NCBI GenBank assembly: GCA_963726325.1
Contig: CAVSCA010000007.1
Location: forward strand, 103,389 to 167,388
Source: an uncultured Actinomycetes bacterium
Lineage (GTDB): Bacteria; Actinomycetota; Coriobacteriia; Anaerosomatales; PHET01
Length of the DNA: 64,000 bases
Direction of reading: 5' to 3'
The notes below the pieces were generated by a model. The model saw only the letters and a list, made by a program, of their open reading frames with translations, made no database searches and had not been told where the DNA came from. Positions within the stretch are counted from its first letter, which is position 1, and each line of letters begins with the position of its first letter. Made by a program: the position numbers and the translations under genes. Shown here piece by piece: positions 30,589 to 40,313 of the stretch.

Positions 30589-31708
30589 ATGCGCTCGAAG
30601 AAGGTAGTCACATGGCTCGTGGCGGCACTGCTCATTGTGGGCATGGTCGCGGCGCTTTCTGGCTGTGGCGGAGGCACCACAACCGGTGGGACCACAGAGA
30701 CCTCTGCGGCAAAGCCGCTGAAGATCGCGCTGCTGCTCCCGGAGACCAAGACGGCTCGCTACGAGACTCAGGACAAGCCGCTCTTCGAGGCGAAGGTGAA
30801 GGAGCTCGCCCCGGACGCGGAGATCCTGTACAGCAACGCCAACCAGGACGCCAACGAGCAGCAGTCTCAGGCTGACGCGGCGCTGACCAACGGTGCACAG
30901 GTGCTGGTTCTCGACCCGGTCGACTCGGCGTCGGCCGCCTCGATCGTGACGAAGGCCAAGGACGCTGGCGTGCCGGTCATCAGCTACGACCGCCTGATCA
31001 TGAACGCGCCCGCTCGACTACTACATCTCGTTCGACAACGAGAAGGTCGGCACGATGCAGGGCCAGGCGCTGCTCGACAAGCTGACCGCGGACGGGAACG
31101 CGGGCAAGACGATCGTGATGATCAACGGCTCGCCCACCGACAACAACGCCACGCTGTTCAAGAAGGGCGCTCACAGCGTCCTCGACGGCAAGGTCAAGAT
31201 CGGTGCCGAGTACGACACGCCTGACTGGAGCCCGGACAAGGCGCAGAGCGAGATGGACCAGGCCATCACGAAGCTCGGCAAGGACGGGTTCGTGGGCGTC
31301 TTGGCAGCCAATGACGGCACCGCTGGCGGCGCGATCGCTGCCATGAAGGGCGCCGGCATCGACCCCACCAAGATCCCGGTCACCGGCCAGGATGCCGAGG
31401 CGGCGGCGATCCAGCGCATCATCATGGGCGAGCAGTACATGACCGTCTACAAGGCCATCAAGCTCGAGGCCGAGGCGGCCGCGAAACTCGCCGTCGCGCT
31501 CGCCAAGGGCGAGCCCGTTCCCGCGGACATGGTCATGGCCAAGGTGAACAACGGGTCGGGCGACATCGACTCGATCCTGCTGCCACCGGTGCCGGTCACA
31601 AAGGACAAGATCGGCGACACGGTCGTCAAGGACGGTTTCTGGACTCTCGAGCAGCTGCTCACCTCTCCCGAACTCAAGGCCAAGGCCGCGGAGCTCGGGC
31701 TGCAGTGA
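30589..31708 (+). CDS. CUT2 sugar ABC transporter substrate-binding lipoprotein (XylF-like), copy 2, one frame break at about 31011
   Basis: ORF 30589-31224 joins ORF 31055-31708. There is an extra G in GCGCCCGCTCGAC relative to copy 1. Motifs: KIALLLPETKTARY, VPVISYDRLI, GSPTDNNA and VTGQDAE. Confidence 0.8.
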
Positions 31709-32523
31709 CCGTCGCTCCTGACGAGACAGGCTCGACGGCGCCGCTCCTCGCGCTCAAGGGCGTGAGCAAGGCGTTTGGCGCGAACCAGGCTCTCTCCGGC
31801 GTCGACTTCGAAGTCGGCGCCGGAGAGGTCGTCGCGCTCGTGGGCGACAACGGCGCCGGCAAGTCCACGCTCATCAAGGCGATCGCCGGCGTGCAGCTGT
31901 GCGACGAGGGCATCTTCTACTTCAAGGGCAGCCCGGCCAAGATCACCAACCCGCAGGACGCCGCGGCGCTCGGGATCGCGACGGTCTATCAGGACCTCGC
32001 CCTGTGCGACAACCTCGACGTGGTCGCGAATCTCTACTTGGGCCGCGAACGGTTCGCAGGCGGCATCGCGAGAGCCACGTACTTCATCGACGAGACGGCG
32101 ATGGAGCAAAACGCCCTCAAGCTTCTCGACTCGCTTGCCGTGACGACCATCAAGGACGTTCGCGTGCAGGTGGGCTCGCTTTCCGGGGGCCAGCGCCAGG
32201 CCGTGGCCATCGCCCGCTCGCTTCTCGGCGAACCGTGCGTGGTCTTGCTCGACGAGCCCACAGCGGCTCTCGGCGTCTCGCAGACCGAACAGGTGCTCCT
32301 GCTCATCAAGCGGTTGCGCGAGCGCGGGCTGGGCGTCGTGGTCATCAGCCACAACCTCGAGAACGTCTTCGAGGTCGCCGACCGGATCGTCGTGCTGCGG
32401 CTTGGCCGGCGCGCCGCCACGTTCGACGTCCGCGGTGTCAGCCGTGAGGACGTCGTCTCGGCGATCACCGGGGCGGAGTTCGGCGTGGGAGCCGGCCTCG
32501 AGAACCGCAGGGCGGACGCATGA
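31705..32523 (+). CDS. Sugar ABC transporter ATP-binding protein, single NBD (FrcA/XylG-short type), intact
   Basis: 272 aa with Walker A GDNGAGKST, signature LSGGQRQ and Walker B VVLLDEPTAAL. Its GTG overlaps the stop of the SBP gene. Confidence 0.85.
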   Translation: MTVAPDETGSTAPLLALKGVSKAFGANQALSGVDFEVGAGEVVALVGDNGAGKSTLIKAIAGVQLCDEGIFYFKGSPAKITNPQDAAALGIATVYQDLALCDNLDVVANLYLGRERFAGGIARATYFIDETAMEQNALKLLDSLAVTTIKDVRVQVGSLSGGQRQAVAIARSLLGEPCVVLLDEPTAALGVSQTEQVLLLIKRLRERGLGVVVISHNLENVFEVADRIVVLRLGRRAATFDVRGVSREDVVSAITGAEFGVGAGLENRRADA

Positions 32524-33725
32524 GTGCCGAGCAGGACACCCGCGCCTCCGCCGGCGGCCTGGTTGGGATGATCCAGGAGGTCGGCCGCAAGCTCGCGCAG
32601 GGCGAGGCCGGTACGCTTCTGGTGCTGTTGATGGTTGCGGCCATCTGGACCTTCTTCCAGTCCCAGAACGACCGGTTCTTGAGCCCCGGCAACCTCACCA
32701 ACCTGCTGCTGCAGCAAGCCGCAGTGGCGACGATCTCCATCGGCGTGGTGCTGATACTGCTGCTGGGCGAGATCGACCTGTCGGTAGGGGCGGTGAGCGG
32801 ACTGTGCGCCTCGGTGATGGCGGTCCTTGTGGTGAACCGCGGAATCCCCGCGGTGCTCGCAGTGGTCATCGCGCTGGGGCTTGGTGCGCTGATCGGGCTG
32901 TTCAACGGGTTCATGATCACGCGGTTCCAGATTCCCTCGTTCGTGGTCACCCTGGCCGGCTCGCTCACGTGGGTCGGATTCCAGCTTCTGGTGCTCGGCG
33001 AGACCGGAACGATCAACCTGAACGACAAGTTCATCATGGGCCTGACGTACACGTACTTCTCGCCGCTGATGGGCTGGGTCGTCGCGCTGGCAGGAATCGC
33101 TGCGACGCTCGGCTTCGCCCTGCTCGGACGCTCCCGCCGCAAGGCCGCGGGTCTGAGCGTCGGCTCGATGCGCGGGCTTCTCTTCCGGGTGGGCGGCATC
33201 GGCATAGCGTTCGTGACGATGGTGTTCGTCGCCAACCAGGACCGAGGACTCCCGCTCGTGGTGTTCATCGTCTTCGTGCTCGCGCTCGCGTTCGCCTATC
33301 TCACGGAGCGCACGCGCTTCGGGCGCCACATCTTCGCGGTCGGCGGAAACGCAGAGGCGGCCCGACGGGCGGGCATCAAGATCAACAACGTTCGCATCAT
33401 CGTGTTCATGCTGGGTTCCACGCTCGCCGCCGCCGGCGGCATCCTCGCCGCCTCGCGGCTGCTCGCCGTGAACCAGTCCTCGGGCGGCAGCGACCTGCTG
33501 CTCATGGCGATCGCCGGACCGGTCATCGCCGGCACGAGCCTGTTCGGCGGCCGCGGGTCGGTGTGGTCCGCCCTTCTCGGCGCGATCGTCATCGGCTCGA
33601 TCGCCAACGGCATGAACCTGCTCGCGTTCTCGTCATCGGTGAAGTTCATCGTCACCGGCGCGGTGCTGATCACCGCGGTCACGATCGAGTCGGTCACGCG
33701 CATGCGCCGCGTTGGCGAGCGATAG
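32520..33725 (+). CDS. Sugar ABC transporter permease (XylH-like), intact
   Basis: 401 aa, about 10-12 TM, ATGA overlap with the ATPase gene. Confidence 0.85.
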   Translation: MSAEQDTRASAGGLVGMIQEVGRKLAQGEAGTLLVLLMVAAIWTFFQSQNDRFLSPGNLTNLLLQQAAVATISIGVVLILLLGEIDLSVGAVSGLCASVMAVLVVNRGIPAVLAVVIALGLGALIGLFNGFMITRFQIPSFVVTLAGSLTWVGFQLLVLGETGTINLNDKFIMGLTYTYFSPLMGWVVALAGIAATLGFALLGRSRRKAAGLSVGSMRGLLFRVGGIGIAFVTMVFVANQDRGLPLVVFIVFVLALAFAYLTERTRFGRHIFAVGGNAEAARRAGIKINNVRIIVFMLGSTLAAAGGILAASRLLAVNQSSGGSDLLLMAIAGPVIAGTSLFGGRGSVWSALLGAIVIGSIANGMNLLAFSSSVKFIVTGAVLITAVTIESVTRMRRVGER

Positions 33726-33743
33726 GCGCACGCGACGAGCTGC

Positions 33744-34296
33744 TCAGCGCGAGCCGATGACCCTGCACGGATTGCCCGCCGCCGTGACTCCCGGCTCCAC
33801 CGAGCGCGTCACCACGCTGCCCGCGCCGATGATGGCGTCGGCCCCGATCTCGACGCCGGGCAGCACGATCACGCCGCCTCCCAGCCACGCGCGGTCGCCG
33901 ATGGTGATGGGCAGCGCCGACTCGAGCCCGCTCGCGCGCTCGGCCGCGTCGCGCGGATGGTCCGACGTGAGCAGCTGCACCGCCGGGCCGAGCTGCACGT
34001 CGTCGCCGAGAACGATGGGGGCGGCGTCGAGGAAGATGCAGCCCATGTTGACGAAGACGCGATCGCCGAGGCTGATCTGCGCACCGTAGTCGCAGTAGAA
34101 CGGGGCCTCGATCCACGAGCCGGCGCCGAACTCGCCGAGCAGGTCGTGCAACAGCGCGGCGCGCCCATCCGAGTCCGCCGGGTCGAGCGCGTTGAACGTC
34201 CTGCGTGAGGCGCCGAGCGCGAACCCGTGCGGCGACGAGCGCGGGGTCGCTCGCGTCGTAGGGCGCGCCGCAGATCATCTTCTCCCGCTCGTCCAC
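33744..34296 (-). CDS. Maltose/galactoside O-acetyltransferase-like hexapeptide-repeat (LbH) acetyltransferase, one frame break near 34195
   Basis: The N-terminus is VDEREKMICGAPYDASDPALVAARVRARRLTQ. ORF 33744-34151 holds GDRVFVNMGCIFLDAAPIVLGDDVQLGP...ITIGDRAWLGGGVIVLPGVEIGADAIIGAGSVV. Confidence 0.75.
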
Positions 34297-35339
34297 TACA
34301 GGCCTCCCTCTCTCTCGGCGTGCGTTCGTGCTGCGTCGCCGTTGCTCAGCCGCATCGCTCCGGCGTAGGCGGCCAGGATGCGGTCCATCTCGGCGTTCAC
34401 TGACTCGTCGACGGTGCGGCGCTTCTCGTCTGCGGCGAACCACTCCAGCGTCCGGCGGATGCCGTCGCGCAGCGGGATGGTGGCCTCGTACTCCGGCACG
34501 ACCGACTTGATCTTGCTGTTGTCGAACACCACGCTCCACGTCTTGTCGCCGAGCAGGCTTCCGGCCATCTCGGGTGCCACGCTGGCGATGAAGTCGGACG
34601 GGACGTGCACGATGTTCGGCCTCGACGCCCAGCGCCTCGGCGATGGTCTGGTAGATCTGGTTCCACGTGAGCACCTCGTCGGAGGTGATGTGGAACGCCT
34701 CGCCCAGCGCGCGCTCGTTGCCGAGCAGGCCGAGGAGCCCCTTCGCGAGGTCGTCGGCGTGAGTCACGACCCACAGCGACGAGCCGTCGCCGTGCACGAT
34801 GATCGGCCGGCCGGAAAGCAGCCGGTCGGCCAGCGTGTAGGTGCCCCAGCCGCCCAGCGCGATGGGGAGGTTGCGGTCGTAGGTCATCGACGGGCGCACG
34901 ATCGTCACGGGGAAGCCGTCGCTGCGGTACGCGCGCATCAGCCGCTCCTCGCACGCGATCTTGTTGCGCGAGTACTCCCAGTACGGGTTTCGCAGCGGTG
35001 TCGACTCGGTGATGAGGTAGCTGGTCGGCGGCTTCTCGTACACCGAGGCCGAGCTGATGAAGACGTAGTGCCCGACCCGGTCCGAGAAGAGCTCGAGGTC
35101 GCGCTCGATGTCGTCGGGCGTGTAGGCGATCCAGTCGACGACGACGTCGAACTCGAGGCCCCCAGCGCTGCGCGGACGTCGTCGATGCGGTGGATGTCGG
35201 CGGTGAGGGCGCGCGCGCCCGCGGGCGGTGCCGAGTGCGCTCCGCGATTGAGCAGGTAGAGCTCGAGGCCGGCGTCGATCGCCGCGCGGCTGACCGCCGA
35301 GCTGATCATGCCGGTGCCGCCGATGAACAGCGCTCTCAT
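34296..35339 (-). CDS. NAD-dependent epimerase/dehydratase (extended SDR), about 2 frame breaks (about 35160 and 34620)
   Basis: MRALFIGGTGMISSAV is a Rossmann motif, with the GAGAAGGAG RBS upstream. YSRNK is the catalytic YxxxK. The fragments are ORF 34938-35372, 33694-35043 and 34296-34610. Confidence 0.75.
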
Positions 35340-35507
35340 GTCGCGGGTCTCCTTCTCGGCCTCGTGCCGCACGCTTGGTCTATGCCCACGCGAGGGGTCG
35401 CCGCTGTCGCGCGCAGGGGCTACACGGGCATGAACTCACATGACCTGCTCGCGCGGGGACGATTCCGCTGCGGCAGGCATGGTGAGGCCGTTCGTGCTGG
35501 AGGGGCG

Positions 35508-36486
35508 ATGGGAGCCAAGTACGCCGTCGGAGTCGACGTGGGCGGGACGCACATCGCCGCCGGCCTCATGGAGCGTGACGGGCGGGTGGTCGCGCAGACG
35601 CACACGCTCACTCCGCGCGACGACTCGGGCGCGGTCATCGACGCGATCGTCGGCCGCGGTCGCCGAGACGGCGGCGGCTGCGCAGCCCGCGGAGATCGCC
35701 GGGATCGGCATCGGCCTGCCGGCCCAGATGGACTTCCTCAAGCAGTCGGTCGAGTGGTGCACGAACCTGCCGCTGGCCGGCGTGGACGTGCGCTCGCTCG
35801 TCGCGTCGGGCACCGGGTCACCACGTCATCCTCGACAACGACGGCCACTGCGCGGGGATCGGCGAGTCCCGGTACGGTGCGGCCAAGGGCGTGAGCGACT
35901 TCGTGATGATCACGCTGGGCACGGGAGTGGGCGGCGCGCTGTTCCTGGGCGGTGAGCCGTACCGCGGTTCGCGGGGGCTCGCGGGCGAGATCGGGCACAT
36001 GGTGGTGCGCCAGGGCGGCGCGATGTGCCCGTGCGGCACTCGCGGGCATCTCGAGGCGTACCTCGGCAGCGAGGCGATCGCCGCGAGTGGCCGAGAGGCC
36101 GCCCGCACCTCGAGCGGCGAGGCCCTGCGCGCCCGAGCGGGTGGCGATCCCGACGCCGTGAGCGCGCGCCAGGTCGTCGAGGCAGCGGCGGCTGGCGACG
36201 CCACCGCTCGCGACATCCTGCTCGATGCGGGCGAGATCCTCGGCGAGGCGCTCGTGGGGATCGTGAACCTGCTCAACCCGCGGCTCATCGTAGTGGGCGG
36301 CGGCATCGGCGAGTCCGCGCCGATGCTCGTCACGCGGGCGGCCGAGGTCATCGCCGAGCAGGCACTCGAGGGCCGGCGAGACGTCGAGGTCGTGCAAGCG
36401 TTGCTCAGCAACGACGCGGGCATCCTGGGCGCTGCGGCGCTCGCGTTCGACGAGTACGAGCGGCGAGGCGCAGCACGGCGCGGTAG
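35508..36486 (+). CDS. ROK-family sugar kinase, 2 frame breaks (about 35650 and 35815); 3' end approximate
   Basis: MGAKYAVGVDVGGTHIAAG, ITLGTGVGGAL and CPCGTRGHLEAY (the ROK zinc motif) are spread over three successive frames. Confidence 0.75.
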
Positions 36487-36493
36487 GGCGAGC

Positions 36494-37330
36494 CTACTCG
36501 CGCGTAGCTGCCTCGAACAGCTCCATCAGCCGCTTCACGACCGGCCCGACCTTGCCATCGCCGATGACGTGGTCGTCGATCTGAACGATGGGCACCACGC
36601 CACGGACGCTCGACGTGAGGAAGCACTCCTGCGCGCCGAGGGTGTCCTCCAGAGTGATGTCGCACGCCACGACCTCGAACTCGGCCGCCGCAAGCTCGAG
36701 TACCCAGGAGCCGACCGTCCCCCACAGGACGCCGCCCTTCGGCGCCAGGATGCGGCCGTCGCGCACGACGTAGACGCTCGCGGTCGCCGCCTCGGAGATC
36801 ACGCCGCCGCTGTGGTAGAGCAGGTCCATCGCGCCCTCGTCGTCGAGACGCGCGTGGTGCCTGAGCCACGTCAGATAGCCGGTCGTCTTGGCCTCGGGCA
36901 GTTCTCGGCTGTGCTCGATCGCGAGCAGCTTCGCGCCCGTCTGGTAGACCGAGTCCGGCACCTCGAACAGCTCGTGGGTCACGATGAAGAACGTGGGCGT
37001 GGCCGGGTCGAAGTGCATCCCGTCGGGGGAGAGCCCTCCGGTCAGGACCAGGCGGACCGTGGCCTCGGGGTGGCCGTTGAGCGCGAGCAGCTCGTGGATG
37101 ACCGAGACGATCTCGTCGTCGGAGAGCGGGACGCGCAGCCCCAGCATGTCGGCGGAGTTGCGGAACCTCGCGAGATGCTCCTTCACCATGAACGGCTCGC
37201 CTCGCAGCGTTTGCAGCAGGTCGAAGACGGCGTATCCGCGCAGCAGTCCCGCATCGAACGGCGAGATGGCCGCCGAATCGGCCGGCATGATGGTGCCGTT
37301 CAGGTAGACGTACTCGCCGCTCAGGGCCAT
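36494..37330 (-). CDS. Class IV aminotransferase (branched-chain aminotransferase / ADC lyase family)
   Basis: Intact 278 aa starting MALSGEYVYLNG. Contains FDAGLLRGYAVFD, EAKTTGYL and FLTSSVRGVVPI. Confidence 0.8.
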   Translation of the reverse strand: MALSGEYVYLNGTIMPADSAAISPFDAGLLRGYAVFDLLQTLRGEPFMVKEHLARFRNSADMLGLRVPLSDDEIVSVIHELLALNGHPEATVRLVLTGGLSPDGMHFDPATPTFFIVTHELFEVPDSVYQTGAKLLAIEHSRELPEAKTTGYLTWLRHHARLDDEGAMDLLYHSGGVISEAATASVYVVRDGRILAPKGGVLWGTVGSWVLELAAAEFEVVACDITLEDTLGAQECFLTSSVRGVVPIVQIDDHVIGDGKVGPVVKRLMELFEAATRE

Positions 37331-37346
37331 GTCGAGAACCTCTCTC

Positions 37347-37613
37347 TCAGCGCCCACGGTACACGTCCGCCCGGTGGTCGATGCGAACCACCAGGACGGA
37401 ACCCGGCTCCTCGATCCGGTACACGATGCGGTACGCCCCGCGCCGGGCGCAGTGGTAGCCCGCCAGCTCGAGGCCGAGCGGCTTGCCCACGCGCTGCGGG
37501 TTGTCGAGCAGCGGGCCGGTGAGGAACTCGACGATCGCTGCCGCCGCGAACTCGGGCAGCCGGGCGAGCGTGCGCTCGGCCGAGGCGGCGACCCTGAGCT
37601 CGTAGGCCGCCAC
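37347..37613 (-). CDS. RelE/ParE-family toxin
   Basis: 88 aa with ...RRGAYRIVYRIEEPGSVLVVRIDHRADVY, 4 nt downstream of the Phd/YefM gene. Confidence 0.8.
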   Translation of the reverse strand: MAAYELRVAASAERTLARLPEFAAAAIVEFLTGPLLDNPQRVGKPLGLELAGYHCARRGAYRIVYRIEEPGSVLVVRIDHRADVYRGR

Positions 37614-37616
37614 GGC

Positions 37617-37892
37617 CTACTCCTTGGTCAGGTACTTGGCGCGAAGCTCGGCCGCGGTGAGGACCTTGCCGCCCTCGATCTCTTGCTCGGCCACGCGGAT
37701 CTCGTCGAGCACGCCGGGGGTCGCGAGCAGGTCGAGCGTCTCCTCGAGGTTCTCGAGGTCGGCCGGGCTGATGATCACGGCGGCGGGCCGTCCGTTGCGG
37801 GTGACGATGACGCGCTCGTGCTGGCTCTCGACGAGATCGATGATCTCCGAGAGGTGAGCTTTGACATCGGCAAGCGAGCGCGTTTCAGACAT
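37617..37892 (-). CDS. Phd/YefM-family antitoxin
   Basis: MSETRSLADVKAHLSEIIDLVESQHERVIVTRNGRPAAVIISPADLENLEETLD. Confidence 0.8.
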   Translation of the reverse strand: MSETRSLADVKAHLSEIIDLVESQHERVIVTRNGRPAAVIISPADLENLEETLDLLATPGVLDEIRVAEQEIEGGKVLTAAELRAKYLTKE

Positions 37893-38047
37893 GACCAGAA
37901 TTATAGTCACGCACTAGAGTGGGTCAAGGCAAGTTGGCCAGAACCTGTCGCCGGGCGGCGCGCGACCGCGCGCGCATCAGCGTGACGCGCAGCGCGCGCA
38001 GCGGAATACACTGACAGAGCGCGACACTGGCTACCGACGGAGGACCC

Positions 38048-38632
38048 ATGTCAGTCGCAACCCCGGAGTACGAAGTCCTCAAGCAGGACGGCTCGTTCGA
38101 GCTGCGGCGATACGCGGGCTACCTCACCGCCAACGTGCACGTGAGCGCGTCGGACTACGGCCAGGCGACCAACGCCGGCTTCAATCCGCTGGCCGACTAC
38201 ATCTTCGGCAACAACCACGCCTCGGACCGCATCGCCATGACCGCGCCGGTCAGTGCCGGCCGCGTCTGCTGCCAGAAGATCGCGATGACCGCCCCGGTCA
38301 CGGCGGCCCAGTCGGAAGACGACTACGTCGTGAGCTTCACGATGCCGTCCGAGTACTCGGCGATAGAAGACCTGCCGCGCCCCAACAACCCTGACGTGAC
38401 CCTGGAAGCGGTGGGCCCCCACGTGGTCGCGGCGGTGAGGTTCGGCGGCTACTTCAGCGAGAAGCACGCTGCCAAGGCGCAGGCCGAGCTCGAGACATGG
38501 ATGGCCGAGCAGGGCCTGACCCCGGCAGGCGAGCCGGTCTCGGCGCAGTACGATTCACCGTGGAAGCCGGGCTTCGCGCGTCGCAACGAGATCATGATTC
38601 CCGTCGAGGAGGCAGGCTTGGATCTGCCGTAG
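38048..38632 (+). CDS. SOUL heme-binding-protein family protein
   Basis: Intact 194 aa with YEVLKQDGSFELRRY, IAMTAPV (twice) and YDSPWKPGFARRNEIMIPV. Confidence 0.75.
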   Translation: MSVATPEYEVLKQDGSFELRRYAGYLTANVHVSASDYGQATNAGFNPLADYIFGNNHASDRIAMTAPVSAGRVCCQKIAMTAPVTAAQSEDDYVVSFTMPSEYSAIEDLPRPNNPDVTLEAVGPHVVAAVRFGGYFSEKHAAKAQAELETWMAEQGLTPAGEPVSAQYDSPWKPGFARRNEIMIPVEEAGLDLP

Positions 38633-38650
38633 GCGATCGCGGAGGTCCGC

Positions 38651-39935
38651 ATGTCCCACACCACGCTGAAGTCCGGCTACACGGAGATGGTCGACCGGCT
38701 CAACCGGTTCCCTCAAGGCGCGCCCGAGTCCGAGACGCTGTTCAAGATCCTCTCGGTGCTGCTGAGCGAGCGCGAGGCGGGGGTCGTCGCCCAGCTCCCC
38801 ATCAAGCCCTTCACCGCCGAGAAGGCCAGCAAGATCCTCAAGCTCGACCTCGCCGAGACGCGCACGGTGCTCGACGAGCTCGCCGGCCGAGCCATCCTCG
38901 TGGACACCGAGCGCGACGGCGTGACCACCTACGTGCTGCCGCCGCCGATGGCCGGCTTCTTCGAGTTCTCGATGATGCGCATCCGCGACGACGTGGACCA
39001 GCAGCTGCTCGGCGAGCTGTTCTACCAGTACCTCAACGTCGAAGAGGACTTCATCAAGGCGCTGTTCACGAACGGCGAGACGCAGCTTGGCCGAGTGTTC
39101 GTCCACGAGCCGGTGCTCACCAACGACAACGCGCTGCACGTGCTCGACTACGAGCGCGCGAGCGAGGTCATCCAGACCGCGACGCACCGCGGCATCGGCG
39201 TGTGCTACTGCCGCCACAAGATGGAGCACGTGGGCCGCGACTGCGACGCGCCCAAGAACATCTGCATGACCTTCAACAGCTGCGCGGACTCGCTGACGCG
39301 CCACGGCTACGCGCGCTCGGTCGACGTCGCCGAGGGGATGGAGCTGCTGCAGCAGGCGTACGAGAACAACCTGGTGCAGTTCGGCGAGAACGTGCGCGCA
39401 GGGCGTCAACTTCATCTGCAACTGCTGCGGGTGCTGCTGCGAGGCGATGATCGCCGCGCGCAAGTTCGGGATGCTCAACCCGGTGCACACCTCCAACTTC
39501 TTGCCCGAGGTCGCCGAGGAGACCTGCAACGGCTGCGGCAAGTGCGCGATCGCGTGCCCGGTCGAGGCGATGACGCTGGTCTCGGCGAACGACGCTCATC
39601 ACCCCAACGCGCGCAAGGCCAAGCTCACCGAGGAGCTGTGTCTGGGCTGCGGCGTGTGCGTGCGGGTGTGCCCGAGCAAGAGCCTGTCGCTGCGCTCGCG
39701 GCCGGAGCGCGTCATCACGCCGCTCAACTCGCTGCACCGGGTGGTGGTCATGGCGATCGAGCGCGGCGACCTGCAGGACATGGTCTTCGACAACCGCGTG
39801 CTGTGGAACCATCGGGCGCTCGCCGGGGTGCTCGGCGTGATCCTGCGGCTGCCGGGCATCAAGCAGGGGATGGCGAGCAAGCAGATGAAGTCGCGGTATC
39901 TGGAGCAGCTGATCGTGCGGACCGGGCACGGGTGA
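38651..39935 (+). CDS. 4Fe-4S dicluster protein with an N-terminal winged-helix-like region and a Cys-rich CNCCGCCC segment, one frame break near 39410
   Basis: ORF 38651-40003 joins ORF 39447-39935 (...ENVRAG / NFICNCCGCCCEAMIAARKFG). It has two ferredoxin motifs, CNGCGKCAIACP and CLGCGVCVRVCP. Confidence 0.7.
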
Positions 39936-39974
39936 GGCAGCGAAGTCTCTTGCGCGGCCAGCTGACGTCCTCGC

Positions 39975-40235
39975 CTAGCAGGGATGGCCGACGACCGAGG
40001 TGACCTTCCCCATGACGAGGTCGAGGCAGTCGCCGCGCAGCAGCTCGTAGTCGGAGACGAAGACCTCGGGGGCCTCGAGCGCGCGGATGAGCAGGTCCTC
40101 CTGGCAGGTGGCTGCCGAGGGGGAGAGGATGACGAGCCACGACGGCCTCTCCGACGGAGTGGCCTCTATGCCGTACTTGGCCAGCTCGTCGCAGATCCTC
40201 ATGAGCCGTGTCGTTTCCGTGCCCTCGCCGCGCAT
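39975..40235 (-). CDS. Small Cys-containing protein of unknown function
   Basis: 86 aa from an ATG preceded by AGGAGG, four Cys. It lies 78 nt downstream of the AKR gene on the same strand. Confidence 0.4.
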   Translation of the reverse strand: MRGEGTETTRLMRICDELAKYGIEATPSERPSWLVILSPSAATCQEDLLIRALEAPEVFVSDYELLRGDCLDLVMGKVTSVVGHPC

Positions 40236-40313
40236 CCCAGCCACCTCCTGTCCGTCCTACGGCGATGGTATCGGCGAAGGGCGTGCCAACCTGAAGAGGA
40301 GGTGGGGGCGGGG

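Larger units (their letters stand above)
27762..34118 (+). repeat. Tandem duplication, copy 2 (about 6.35 kb)
   Basis: See copy 1. The right end of homology is at about 27755 / 34116, inside the acetyltransferase gene. Confidence 0.85.
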
